The translations under genes were made by a program, and so were the position numbers. The notes under the pieces are model-generated. The model saw only the letters and a program-made list of their open reading frames with translations. It had not been told where the DNA came from and did no database searches. 64,000 nucleotides of DNA from Macrostomum lignano (lineage: Eukaryota). The stretch spans positions 248,001 to 312,000 of the forward strand of contig NIVC01000163.1 in NCBI GenBank assembly GCA_002269645.1. The letters are read 5' to 3'. This document shows positions 13,300 through 26,659 of the stretch, piece by piece (positions within the stretch are counted from its first letter, which is position 1; each line of letters begins with the position of its first letter).

Positions 13300-14160
13300 A
13301 AATCTAATCTTCTAATCTTCTAATCTTCTAATCTTCTAATCTTCTAATCTTCTATCTTCTAATCTTCTAATCTTCTAATATATCTAAAGTAGCAACCCCC
13401 CCTCCACCGGCCCTGTCTGTCTGTGGGTATGTCTCCCAAAAGGCTCAACCGATTTTCTCCGTTTCTTCGCCAAAAGATGTCAAATGTGCCCGGGACGGTA
13501 CATGTAATTTTATTAAGCTCTAGCTCAATGCTAAGGAGATTAAATATTCGAAAAACTGTTTTAAATGGCCTTTTTAGTGTAATTTTTTATCAGCCTGCGC
13601 GCAGCGAGAAACTTCACAGCCAATTTTAATGATTGCGCCAGAGCCAACTGATAAGAAAATTCACTTTGCCCCACTGCCCAGATAATTACTCTATTTAACT
13701 TGCGTAACCAATTAAGGGGGGGGGTATAATAAAAATTCTGGATGCTTCCAATATACTAAAATCCAATATACTAAATCAAAACTATGTACCTATAGGAACC
13801 TTCGCTTAACTTCACTCTACATGGTCGGAATTTCGTGGGGTTTTCTGCATTCGATGCGTATTGATGGTGCGCTGGTACACAAAATTTTGCTAAGAAATTG
13901 CTTTATTTTTTCGGGCTTAAATATTCGAAAAACTCGATTTTTACCCCGTTTTTTAAAGTTCAAACAGTTCTTTCCGATTGAGAAGCAGTCTGACTGCCGA
14001 TGGAATTGTATTGCATCATAACTCAGTGCCAACTATAGCATTGGTTCTCTACACTCGCGTGGAGAGCTACAAGCGTTGAAAGGTTGCGCAACACATTTTA
14101 GATACTGAAATTGAGGGGCGGGTGTCGCTATTCAATTAGTCCTGGGCATTGGCTTGGTTG
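13300..14160 (+). mobile_element. Probable non-autonomous Helitron-like element inside the MULE
   Basis: 5-prime (TCTAATCT)n then TCTAATATATCTAAAG...CTGTCTGTCTG...GGCTCAACCGATTTT, an arrangement typical of animal non-autonomous Helitrons. The 3-prime end is only approximately placed. Confidence 0.45.
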
Positions 14161-14921
14161 TTAATTTTAATGGATCAACTTGCAGGCCTCTCACTGTAAC
14201 TGGCGCTGAATGTACACCTTTATGAATTTGAATGCTTTAAAGCAGGAATGTTCAATTGTTATTTTTGCTTCGAGTTTTTCACTTTCAGAAGAGAGCCTTG
14301 TATTGCTGGAAAGAGCTAGAAACGCTGAGTTCGGGAATATAATTTGTTTGCTGAGATTCGAAAAATGAAAAGCACAGCATTAAAAAGAAGATTTCTATGC
14401 ATTTTACTATATATACTCATTGTACACTCTCCCATAACGCAAACCCCTACTTTATCGCAACTCCACAATTCAAACCAGCGCCATTGGATTTCAATTTAGA
14501 TTGCGTAACCATATTGTTGACTTTAATTGTTGACTTTAATAATTGAAACTGATATTGACTGCCTGAGAAATTGATTATGTCATAACTTGCTTCGAGCGAT
14601 TTCTACTCTATGCTTGGAGTTTTCAGTGTTGAAATATATAAGTGCTAAAATTCATAGTGCTAAATTCAGAGAGCTAGCCTAGAAGTGAACAGACTGAACT
14701 GCTAATGCAGCGACGTGGGTTCGAATTTTTAGAGTGTAAAAGTTTTTTCTTAAAAATTTTAATTTCAAGACAGTTGAAGGAAACTTTAAAAAACGTCAAA
14801 TAAATCAGATAAAAGAGAAGAAGCTACGAGCGTTCATGTAGTGTATTCGAAAATTCTTATTAAACTTTAACTTTTGAAAAGGATTATTGCACTAGATAAG
14901 AAATTAATTATTGTACGAGTA

Positions 14922-17900
14922 CTAGCTGAGGAAATTTTCTTACTATCTTGCTTGGGGTACTTTATATCAGGGGATGCTTGCTATCGGAAGGACGCTTGCT
15001 CTTAGGGATGCTTGCTCAGGGGAGATTGCTGAGATGCCAAGACTTACTGGGGAATTATTCAAATATGCAGGCTTACTGGGGGAATTACTGAGATGTCAAA
15101 GGCTTAAAACGGACTTGCTGAGATGCCAAGGCTTAAGAGGAAATTGCTGAGATTTCAAGGCGTGGGGGAATCTCTGAGATGTCAAGGCTTTGGACGCCTT
15201 GATAGCTAAGATTTCAAGACTTACCGGGGGGAATAACTGAGATATAAAGGCTTACGCAGGGAATTACTGAGATGTGAAGGCTTGGGGAGGTATCGCTGAG
15301 ATAGCAAGGCTTTGGATGGGGAGAAATTGCTAAGATGTCAAAACTTACTGGAGGAATCACCGAGATATAAATGCTTACTTGGAGGACTGCTGAGATGTCA
15401 AGGCTTGGGGAAAATTTATGAGACGTCAAGTCTTGGGGGGTTCCTGAAATTTCAAGTCTTGAGAGCGAATTGCTGAGATAACAAAGCTTAAGAGAGAATT
15501 ACTGAGGTGTCAAGCTTGGGGGAAATTGTTGAGATGTCAATTCTTGGGGGGGGATTCTATGGATTGGAGATTCTTTCCACAAGGGCTGCTTCTAATGGAT
15601 ATCTTTAGATAGGTGATTCATTGGGAAATTCCTTCGATGGGGGATTCTTTCGATGGAGGGTTCTTTGAATGGGGGGTTCTTTAGATGAATGATTCATTCG
15701 ATAAAGGGATCCTTTTGGATATGGCATTGTTTGGACGGGGATTCTTTAGATGAGTCTTCGGATAGGGGTTTCTATAAATGGGAGGTTTTTTGGATGGGGT
15801 ATTCTTTGCATGTGAGATTCTTTGTATCGTGGATTCTTTGGATGGGAGATTCAGTTGGGTTAAATTTTATTGTGTAAGAAAACTGTGGTTGGAGTTTGGA
15901 CGAAAAGCCCAAACGGGGGTTGGAATTGGCTAGCTGAGGAAATTGTTTCACTAATCTTGCTGGGGGTACTTTCTATCAAGGGATGATTGCTATCAGAAGG
16001 ACGTTTTCTCTTGGGGGATGCTTGCTCGGAATAAAATTCTAAGATGTCAAGATTTACAGGGGAATTATTGAGATACATGTATAAAATCTTACCTTAAGAG
16101 AGACTTGCTGAGATGCCAAGGCTTGTGAGGGGAATTGCTGAGATTTCAAGTCTTAGGGGTAAACTGCTGAGATGTCAAGTCTAAGGGGTAAACTGCTGAG
16201 ATGTCAAGTCTAAGGGGTAAACTGCTGAGATGTCAAGTCTAAGGGGTAAACTGCTGAGATGTCAAGTCTTAGGGGTAAACTGCTGAGATGTCAAGTCTTA
16301 GGGGTAAACTGCTGAGATGTCAAGTCTTAGGGGTAAACTGCTGAGATGTCAAGTCTTAGGGGTAAACTGCTGAGATGTCAAGTCTAAGGGGTAAATTGCT
16401 GAGATGTCAAGTCTAAGGGGTAAACTGCTGAGATGTCAAGTCTAAGGGGTAAACTGCTGAGATGTCAAGTCTAAGGGGTAAACTGCTGAGATGTCAAGTC
16501 TTAGGGGTAAACTGCTGAGATGTCAAGTCTTAGGGGTAAACTGCTGAGATGTCAAGTCTTAGGGGTAAACTGCTGAGATGTCAAGTCTTAGGGGTAAACT
16601 GCTGAGATGTCAAGTCTTAGGGGTAAACTGCTGAGATGTCAAGTCTTAGGGGTAAACTGCTGAGATGTCAAGTCTTAGGGGTAAACTGCTGAGATGTCAA
16701 GTCTAAGGGGTAAACTGCTGAGATGTCAAGTCTAAGGGGTAAACTGCTGAGATGTCAAGTCTTAGGGGTAAACTGCTGAGATGTCAAGTCTTAGGGGTAA
16801 ACTGCTGAGATGTCAAGTCTTAGGGGTAAACTGCTGAGATGTCAAGTCTTAGGGGTAAACTGCTGAGATGTCAAGTCTTAGGGGTAAACTGCTGAGATGT
16901 CAAGTCTTAGGGGTAAATTGCTGAGATGTCTAATCTTGTCGCCGTCGGGGAATTGCTGAGATGCCAAGGCTTAAGAGGGACTTGCTCAGATGTCAAAGCT
17001 TGTGGGGAATCAAGGCTCAGAGGGAGTTCCTGAGATGTCAAGTCTTGGGAAGGAGAATTACTCAGATGTCAAGGCTTGGGGAATTTCTGAGATGTCAAGG
17101 CTTGGGGGGATTGCTGAGATGTGAAGGCTTAAGAAGGAATTGCTGAGGTGTCAAGACTTTGGGAGGAAAATCGCTGAGATGCCAATGCTTTGGACGGGGA
17201 GAAATTGCTAAGATGTCAAGACTTACTGGAGGAATTACTGAGATATGAAGGCTTACTGGGGGAATTACTGATATGTCAAGGCTTGGGGAGGGGAATTACT
17301 GAGAAGTCAAGGCTTTGGACGGGGAGAAATTGGTAAGATGTCAAGGCTTGCGCCGGAATTGCTGAGATGTCAATGCTTATGGGAAATTTCTGAGGTGTCG
17401 AGGCTTGGGGGAACGGCTGAGATGTTAAGCCTTGGGGGAAATTCTATGGATTGATGATTCTTTGGATGAGGGATGCTTTTAATGTATATCTTTGATTCAT
17501 TGAGGAATTCCTTCGATGGGGCATTGTTTCGATGGAGGATTTTTTGAATCGGGGGATTCTTTAGATAAAGGATTCTTTTGATGGGGGATATTTGGACGGG
17601 GGTTTTTTAGATGAGGGGATTCTTTGGCCAAGAATTCTATTGATAGGGGAATTATTTGGATGGGAGATTCTTTGGATTCTTTGTATGGGGATTATTTGGA
17701 CGGGGTTCTTTAGATGAGGAAATTCTTTGGCCAAGAATTCTATTGATAGGAGGATTATTTGGATGGGAGATTCTTTGGATTCTTTGGATGGGGATTTTGT
17801 GGATGGGGATTATGATATGAATTATTTGGGTGGATTCTTTGGATATGGATGGATGGAGGATTCTTTGGATGGGAATTCTGTGGATGAGGATTTATTGAGT

Positions 17901-18492
17901 AGGGGATTCATTGGATGGGGAATTCTTCAGATGGGAGGATTCCTTGAAAGGGGAATTCTTCGGATCGGTGATTCAATCGATGGGGGTTCTTTGGATAAAG
18001 GATTCTTTGCATGTGAGATTTTTTGCATCGGAGATTTTGTGGATAGGGAAAACTGTGATTGGAGTTTGGACGGAAAGCCCCAACGGACTTATTTCTGTAA
18101 TAAGGGATTCATTGGACGGGGAATTCTTCAGATGGGAGGATTCATTCTTCGGATCGGGGATTCTATCAATGGGATGGATGGGATGGGACGGGAAGGATTG
18201 GTATTCTTTGCATGTCAGATTCTATGGATGGGCGACTCATTAAATAGGGAATTCTACAGATAGAGGATTCCTTGAATGGGGAATTCTTCGGATCGGGGAT
18301 TCTGTCGATGGGGGGTTCTTTGTATGGGATTCTTTGGATGAGGGTTTTTTGCATGTGAGATTATTTGCATCAGGGACTTTATGGATTAGAGATTCTTTGG
18401 ATGGGGGGTTGAGTTGGGTGAATTTCTTTTGCGTGGGAAAACTTTGGTAGGAGTTCTGACGGAAAGCCCCAACGGGGGTTGGAATTGGCTAG
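14922..18492. repeat. Head-to-tail dimer of a minisatellite-filled unit; includes a pure 29-bp array (GCTGAGATGTCAAGTCTTAGGGGTAAACT)n at ~16160-16930
   Basis: The unit start CTAGCTGAGGAAATT...TACTTT.TATCA.GGGATG recurs at 14922 and 15929; the unit end AAAGCCC.AACGGGGGTTGGAATTGGCTAG recurs at 15932 and 18492. Confidence 0.8.
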
Positions 18493-20524
18493 TACGTTCT
18501 AAACAGAAAACTTACAGTATTTAGCTGTAATTAATTGTCGCCGAAGTGATCCAAATGTGTCGCCGAAATGACTGTCGCCGAAGTGACTTGTCGCCGAAGT
18601 GACTGTCGCCGAAGTGACTTGTCGCCGAAGTGATTGTAATTCGTTTAAGTGACTCGGCAACTTCAATATTAGGGCCTACCCTGTTTAAGTGACTCAGCAA
18701 CTTCAACTGACTGTTTTTCTGACTTGTGACACTTAAGCCAAACCTGGAAAGTGACAAAAACAGGGTGAAATAATTTAGTGAAAGGCAAAATTATATCGCA
18801 AAGTAAACTAGAACTATGCCATTTTGTTAGCCTACTACTTGAAAGTATATTTTAATAGCTATTTAGATATAGGCCTAGGCCTATACCTATATAAACTAAA
18901 ACAATGTCTTTAGCTTTGGTTTCATTCATAGGCCTAGTTTTGTTTAAAATACAAAAAATGGTAACACTCAGAATATTATTGATTGCAATATTGAATTTGA
19001 ATGGAAAATCGATTGGTTAATGTGACACTTGTTCAAAACAGTTATTTTTTAATAATTCAAAGTTTGCCAGTTCCTGGCCTAGCTTAGGCCTAAAAATAGA
19101 AAAAAGTAGAATATTACAAAATAGAATAGGCCTAATACTGTACTGAATGACCTGATTTTATAAACCTACTTGGGTTTTGATAGGCTGGCTTAATCCTATA
19201 AACAGCGATAGTGATCCACCATGCTGCATGGCAATGATGGCATGCATCATATTCATGCATGCTTATTGCTAGCCAGCGTATTTCATCATTTGAAGAAACG
19301 TATCAGCCTAATTAATAAAACTTCACGTAAAATTGCTTCTTGCAATTTCCGGATTTATTCGGGATCAAAACTTGATTTACACTGATAGCAGATAGCAAGA
19401 GGCACGTAACACTCAAAGTATTTCAATTCGACGAACATACAGATAGGCCCCTTATGCCCAGCTGTATGTTGTCCAAAAGCCCCGAACTTGAACACGTGGA
19501 GACACTTCATTTTATAATGAAAAGTTGTTTCTCCCTAAGTTTATTTCAGCTAATACATTTCAACAATCAATATAACTTACAGTATAAATATAATTTAAGC
19601 ATGTTGCTGACAGTCGCTAGATTCTCCCCTTTACCCACTGTTTCCCATCCTTTTCCAACCCCTTTCCCATCCTTTTCTTATCCTTCCAGCTTTTTCTTCT
19701 CTTTTTTATTTTTATCATCAAATTTTCTCGAATTCTCCGCGGTGCAGCCGCGGTGCAGTGGTAGCTGGCAGCTCCAAGGGCTACCGCTTAAGCCAGCCGC
19801 TGCCTCCCTAGGCCTGACTTTCGGTCAAAAAGCTATCATTCTTTCCTTTCTTTTTTTCTTTCCCTTTTTCCTTCTCCAGAACGCATGTGACCGAAAGTAA
19901 TTACTTTCGCCGGCGCCGGCCATAAGGCGCCGGCCATATGTTGGTAATATGCTACGGGGACGCGGGTACTACCGTCTGAGCCCGTACTGTGATCCAACGT
20001 CAATGACAAATATGTGCCTTTATTTATTATATGTGCCTGATTGTCGGATATATTCGTCGGCTAAAGGTAGGTGTTATGTAAAAGTGCACATGTCGTCGAC
20101 TTCATCGGTGTCGACTAGACGTCGGGAACGTCGGCCAATGTCGCCGACTTCAGATCGCTATACGGGGAGACTGGCTCATTGTCTCCCGCAGTTTCTGACA
20201 AGTGGCACACAACCCCTATCATGCTACAATAGTTTGTAGCGCGGGTTTGCAGGGCACCCTAAGGGGATTCATCGTTTGTTGTGATTTCTCTTGCCAGCGC
20301 TGCCCAGAGAGGCGATTAAAAACATTAATTTTACAATAACAGGTTCTTGCATTCGAGCAGACGACTCATTTTTATTTTTTGAACAAATTTTTTTAAGAAT
20401 TCTTGTGAATTTTTATTCAAAATCCCGTGTATTTTGCGGCTGAGGTAAAATTAACTATAAGGTAATGCAGTGATTTTTTGTACATTTGCATGCATACAGC
20501 TACGTGGATATAGAGTCAAGACTG

Positions 20525-21400
20525 TCTCATACTGTAAAATATGTGCATTGTGACGTTGTCAGTTTCAGTAGCCCCGCCAAGGGCCGTTTTGACATACGGT
20601 ACCAATCTTTAATATTACCGGTTTCGTATTCTTACGTCTGCTTAAAGTAGTGCCCTAATAATTTTAATCAACTGCGTACAATTGTAACCCTGAGTACAGC
20701 GCGCGATCGATAATTTCTATTCCTGTTTTTCTCAACCGGCCAATAGAAAAGCCACGCATTAGTTATACTAATAATTTCTCCTCGCGCGCCACCCCCAGCC
20801 CGCTCCTTATCAGTTCTGTCTGGCCGTGCGCTCGGGGTTTAACCCTGGCTCCACCTCGGATCCACTCCGCTCCACTTCGCTCCGCCGCCACCCCGTTTGG
20901 GGCCAGCTTTGCCTGTTTAGACTTCGTTCAAGCCCTCGCACCCTTGCGAGCGCGTGTAGACCGTAGACTCTGGACGCCTTTACTTGTTTACTTGCCTTCT
21001 CTCTCTCCGTCACGGCGCTAGCCACGCCTCCGCCACTCTCAGCCACGCCACTTCTACTACCTAAGCTATCTACCTTATTGTTGTGTAGCCGCCAGTGCAT
21101 TGTTACGTCTTGTACTTTGGTTAACAATAAATTAAGTCTGTAGCCATCGATCGTATTAAAACTAATTAAAATTACTGCCAAGTGCTACCGCTACAAATCT
21201 GCCTCTGTCGCATTCATTTGCCTTCGCTCATTCTCGAGGCCGCCACACTTAAATCGTCACAGCATCTAAAATCGACACGCCGACAGTCTACTTCAGTCTT
21301 ACTAAGTCTTACAGTCTTACATAGCGTAGTCTGGCGGCCATTATTTCAGCGTGCCGGAAGCGGTCATTATTTCACACTTTTATATCACGCTTCAATTCGC
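20525..21400. mobile_element. Diverged repeat/MITE related to the element at 56428-57243
   Basis: Shared motifs TGTGACGTTG...AAGGGCCGTT.GAC, ATAATTTC...CCAAT and GCCAAGTGCTACCGCTACAAA in both copies. The right boundary is uncertain. Confidence 0.5.
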
Positions 21401-22192
21401 TGTTTTGAGAGTTATTTTACCTGTAGACGACTGATATGTTTGTCTTAGTTTGACCATAGACAAAACTGTGATGAGTGCATGATTTCGCTTGCGTCTTGCA
21501 AGAAATCAGGAAAGCGGGTAGTATACGAGTGAAAGCTATACTTGTCTTGTCAAACAACTATGGCTGGAACATCTCGTCAAACAGTCCCGCTTATTAATTG
21601 GAAAAAACTTCTTGTCGAAGACTAAACGAACCGTGAGACCTATGCTTCAGTGGAGATGAGACAGGAGATACGGGTGAAGCATGGTAAGCATAATATGTCA
21701 ACATTGTAAGTAAGTTAGTGGCTATACTAATGGCTATAAAGAAACTGAATTTTTTACAATGTCCATTAATCTGCAGGTCGGATGGATTCGGAACGCGCAA
21801 TTCGCTTCTTCGAGAACTGCCACTTTAAGGATTGCACGTTTCAGTTTTGATGAGCAACTTCTGATGAACAGTCTATGACTACTGTGTTGTTTTTGTGCTT
21901 AATGTGCGCGTTTTCCATTGTTTGGTGGCTAAAATGTCTTGACTATCCTTTTTTTCAGCGTATTCCAGAATGCCATGTAGACTGTTTGCGATTATTAACC
22001 CCTTATGTCAGTTAATAAATGCATAGTTACCTAATCGTCTATTGGTTCAAACGCCTGCTAAAGCTGAAATAATGGCCAGCTGAGTTTGTCATTACGCTAG
22101 GCTGTGTCTTATGGACAATGGGAAAGTCAGAGGTTCTATACTTGATATCGATTCGTCAAGTGTGCTTTAGTTCAGACAGAGTGCAAAAAATA

Positions 22193-22845
22193 CACTCAGC
22201 AACATTTAAAAGTGTCCACCCTTGCGCCAAAGGTCCATGGGCAGCACGATCGATGGTTTCGCCAATTGGTTTTGGGCCTTAGACAAATGAGCAAAAAGGG
22301 GCAGGAAAGTAAAGACCGATGTCACAGGGAAAAGCGTTACAGTAATTAACGAGTGTACAGGAGTTTACTGAAGGCATCTGGATGCAGGCGACAACGATAG
22401 TCCGCCAAATGACTGTTTGGCCCACTTTGCGTTGGTCGTCCAGATCACCGGATATGAACCCGATTGAGCACGTGTGGGATTTCCTGAAGCGCACGATTCG
22501 GTGCAACAATCTCTATCCCCCCAGAACATGGTCCAGCTGCGCAATGCGCTTTCAGTCGCGTGGCAACAGCTTCCACAAGACTTTCTGCGGCGCCTTGTTC
22601 GGGAATGCCTCGACGAGTGAGCGGTCTGTTGGACGCTCGTGGTTGCTATCTATACCTGTTACTGACTGTGCTTTAGACACGTACACAGCGTGGAAATGGG
22701 CATGGACTTGTTTCGCTGTTCATTCTTTGTTGCCTTATTTTGATTGTCTATGGCCCAAACATAGTTGAAAAACTTTTCAATCCCTAATCGTTCAGCTAGT
22801 GTAGCCTTTTGTGCAGACGTGGACACTTTTCAATGTTGCTGAGTG
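22193..22845 (+). mobile_element. Internally deleted Tc1 transposon with a DD34E transposase C-terminal remnant
   Basis: 27-bp TIR CACTCAGCAACATT(T/G)AAAAGTGTCCAC (26/27 match), TA flanks. WSSRSPDMNPIEHVWDFLKR followed by frameshifted LRNALSVAWQQLPQDFLRRLV / GMPRRV..LLDARG. Confidence 0.9.
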
Positions 22846-24136
22846 TAACAAGAAATTGTCCAGCGGTTGTCTAACAGTAAGATGCGCACTTAGATAAAGG
22901 ATCGCGACATAAAAGAAACAATCACTAAATCACGAATACGATGAGTTTTTTATCGATTCACAGGTAAGAGTTACATGCAATGTATTGATCATGTTACAAG
23001 AAAGTATTTGAATATTCTTGATTTCAAGGATTCCCGAAAGTTATAATCATCTTCCTATACAGGAGCTCACGAAAGCTTTTTCACAACTATACGTCACTTG
23101 CGCTCTAGTGAACACAATCTCATTGTGCGTGTCAGGGGCGTCATAAAACTGGGTGCAAATCTATGGGGGGACATGACAACGTTTTGTCCTCCCACGTCCC
23201 CACCTTGTGACCCGTTGTGGAAATCAATACTTTTGCTTCAGGGCGCCAAAATATAGCGCCTTTGACGCCAAAAATGACTGCTAACAACACCGTGGTTCTC
23301 AAAAAAAGCTAACCGAGAGAATTTAGTCATGTACACGATTGTGTTGCATTACGCAATCATCGGCCCACTCATCTATATTTTTCCTTCTTGGAGTCTGCAA
23401 GCTGACGAGTCGGGATGCATTGCACATCCTCCCCCAGCCACTTGAAGCCCTCAGCTTGTTGATTTTTGTTGACCCCCAGCATGGCGACCCTAGGCATTGA
23501 GATCTGGGTCTTTATTCGCCAGAGGGTCCCAACCAGATTTCAGCATGAGAAATTGAATACATTTCAACTGATCCGCCTACTAAATTCTCGAACACCAGAT
23601 CAACTATCGCCAGAGTACAATAGGCACAACCCGCGCTTTATTTGCCGCCAAATTGTTAGCATTGATCTGCTAGCCAAGTTTGATCAACAGGACAAGCGCC
23701 ATCAGCAACAAGGATCACTGAGCTTCCAATAGGTGAGCCTCCTTCATTCAGCCTCCATCAGGGAGCTCGTATAGCTACCCTGAATTAAAAGGTTTGTTCC
23801 ACACTCGAACGTATTTTTCTGAATTCGCCATTAGCTTTTATTTGAATGAGTACATATTGGAAATAACAGTGAGCAATACAGAAACTAAATAAAGTTCATT
23901 CATTGCCTTTCGTACAGATTGAAAACACAGGAGGCGTATAGTAAAGTTATTCGTGCTTCACAACATGTCGACAATAAGTACAACACATCACACAGATATC
24001 TATGAGAGCTGGGTAGAGGTTGACAATATCAGATGGGCTAGATATGGGACATTTCTCGTGGGTTACTTCAGTTGCTCTGAGTTGTGATGTACGTGTTGAA
24101 TTGTGTATTTGAGAGTGAGTAAAAAACACTTTGCGG

Positions 24137-24570
24137 TTGGGAAGTGAAGTTTCGTGTTTTTGAAGTTTCGCGTTGATCAAGTTTCGCATTTTTGAAAGTG
24201 AAAGCAAAAATTAGCGGTTGTAAAGTTTCGCGTTTGTGAAGTTTCGCGTTTGTGAAGTTTCGTGTTTATGAAAGTGAATTAAAAAATTAGCGGTTGTGAA
24301 GTTTCGCGGTTGTGAAGTTTCGCGTTTGTGAAGTTTCGTGTTTATGAAAGTGAATGCAAAAATTAGCGGTTGTGAAGTTTCGCGGTTGTGAAGCTTCGCG
24401 TTTGTGAAGTTTCGTGTTTATGAAAGTGAAAGCAAAAATTAGCGGTTGTAAAGTTTCGCGTTTGTGAAGTTTCGCGTTTGTGAAGTTTCGTGTTTATGAA
24501 AGTGAATGCAAAAATTAGCGGTTGTGAAGTTTCGCGGTTGTGAAGCTTCGCGTTTATGAAACCCACCCCT
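24137..24570. repeat. Orphan right-end subterminal array of a foldback element related to 7693-10909
   Basis: Units TTGTGAAGTTTCGCG and TTTATGAAAGTG, ending GAAACCCACCCC (compare GAAAGCACCCC at 10909). Confidence 0.65.
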
Positions 24571-25262
24571 TCTTGGACCCATCATAACCAACCGGATCCG
24601 GTTTTCCCTAATACGAAAGGAGGCATTTTGTACGGTAGGCGTGTAGTGATACTATATGATAACTAGAGGGATAAAGAATGATAAATTCTGCGAATAAAGT
24701 GATCCGAGGACACAATTGCGGTCCGTAGAGAACTTATAAAATTGGCCTCCCATCAAAATCTGCATGAATCGCTCGTTTTCCGTCCCCGAGTATTTAGTAT
24801 AGTAGTCCCTGCATGTGCCTTAAACCATGATTAACTAGATTTGGATAAGGTGAGAACTGCTTAATTTTTTAATTCTCTCCATGCATGCGGCCTTGCACAG
24901 TCCATAAGTACTCCATTCTTCCATATGTATGTCTAAAAGCGACACTGTATAAGCTTGCTCATCTCTTCACTTGCTCATCTCTTCTCGTTCGGCATCTTTC
25001 TAGTCAGTACATTTCACTGCCTCCCCTTTTGTCTCGGTACCTCTACTCAGAATGGCTCGATTAGTTTAACAAAAAAACAGAGTACAAGCAGATTCCCATA
25101 GCCGTATGCAATTGCTGTACGTAAAAAACAAGTTGAAAGTGCGCATCCCAAGTTGAGGCCTTCTCAAATCTTTCCACCACGGCAGCTAACCGTAAGAAGA
25201 GAAGCAAATAAAAGGCTATTGTAAGAGTTATTCATTTTGAGTACACGATTTCAGGCTGAAAC

Positions 25263-26429
25263 ATGCCAGACAGTACTTCAAGCTATTCAATTGAGTCCGC
25301 AAATACTCGTACGCGTGGCAGTCCATCATCAGGTGGTTGTCTAGCAGTGAAGCGGGCGCTAAGAAAGGAGCGAGACATCAAAAAGAACCTGAGTCTAAAA
25401 TACAAATACTATGAATTCTTCGTCAACTCACAGGTAAGGCCTTCTGTTGCTAAAGAATATCACTATGCTAGTTTTTCCAGTCACAGGACCTTAAAATTAA
25501 ACGACCACGTGTTGTCTTTTAAGTATACCAGCTAACAATAACCAACACTCGCGGCTAACCCACAGTGGATCCCGAACTGGCTACTTCTGCTTCTGCGCTG
25601 TCTCATGGGAGGCACCTGCATCTCGGTTTTCATTTATGTGTCTGTCCAATCTGGCAACAAAGCTTCGTCAAGCACCAGCACAGAAACAGCTACAAGTTCT
25701 CATTCTCCTACTGCAAGCTCAAGCTCAAGCACTTCCTATTTCTACCTGACCTACCTGACGATCTGGAGCTACCTTATGATGACTCTGTACTTTACTTGTG
25801 CTCTGGTGAACACAATCTTATTGTGCGTGTGCTCGTCAGGGTGTTGCAGCATCGCTGCTGGAGAATCTTTCAGTTTAACTGACTGTGGCTATAAAACTGC
25901 CGACCAATTGAAAGCTGTCCGCAAACGGTCCGAATTGAAGAGAGCTCTAGATTCGGTGGCTAGACAGTCGGGCTTCCGGCTTCAGTGGCTGCTGCACACG
26001 ATCGCCACGGATGCTGCTCTGCTCGTCACTGTAGCTTACTTCTCTCTGCTGTACGAAAACTCGTCTCCAATTGCCACCTTAGATCTGTTGGAGCACGGCA
26101 TCAACTCTGTGTTTATGTTCATTGAAGCCTTCTTTGGCGGCGTTCCGGTTCGCTTCGTGAATATTATCTACGCCGTTTGTTACGCAGTGATTTACGTTTT
26201 GTTCAGCGTATTCTACTGGCTATCGGATCGTAACAATGTAATCTATCTATATTTGGACTGGAACAACCCGGGACTGACAACTGGTGTTGTGTTCGGCTTA
26301 ATTCTCATCGGGATGCCTCTGGTGCACGCAGTCTGGTGGGGCATACATCTGCTGCGCTGTTACATTGGTGGCGTATTGCTCCATCGGGAAAACAAGTGCA
26401 GTCCAACGCTTGAGACTGAGAACGCTTGA
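25263..26429 (+). CDS. rost: Rolling stone-like multi-pass membrane protein, 344 aa, 2 exons (25263-25433, 25566-26429)
   Basis: Phase-0 splice (SQ|W). Motifs YLTIWS, ALLVTVAYF, EHGINSV, YAVIYVLFSVFY and IYLYLDW are characteristic of the rolling stone (FAR-17a/AIG1-like) family. Confidence 0.85.
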
Positions 26430-26659
26430 GACAGAGAAGGCTTGAGAACGAGTATGGTTGCTTTTCTTTGCTTGCCAATCGTTTTAAAATAATTGATTGA
26501 CCGCACTGAAGACGGCCCATTAAGTTGTTTTTTTTTAAAAGCTTAGTTTTATTTACTGTAATACGTTTGAACGTGAAGTTTGTTTTGATACCCAAGCTTT
26601 TACATCCTGTCTGAGTATGCAAATTGGGTATGATGAGACTCGTAGTACATATAACAATA

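Larger units (their letters stand above)
11057..18642 (+). mobile_element. Internally deleted MULE (Mutator-like) transposon, 7.6 kb
   Basis: Inverted ~100-bp CACTTCGGCGACA arrays at 11063-11162 and 18536-18634; 9-bp TSD GTTTAAGTG at 11048-11056 and 18643-18651; MULE transposase remnant inside. Confidence 0.85.

Noticed and set aside
14670-14730. tRNA-like segment with GGTTCGAAT
   Set aside because: B-box only, no cloverleaf; at best a SINE or TE relic.
16160-16930. Interstitial telomere (TTAGGG within the unit)
   Set aside because: The motif is one part of a 29-bp unit, not a (TTAGGG)n tract.
17727-18263. 178-aa ORF
   Set aside because: Low-complexity translation of degenerate GGATTCTTT repeats.
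20450-20470. TAACTATAAGGTA resembling the 28S rRNA I-CeuI site
   Set aside because: Short chance match with no surrounding rRNA similarity.
23150-23810. Possible hAT end or transposase relic
   Set aside because: No partner TIR, TSD or recognisable motif could be read.
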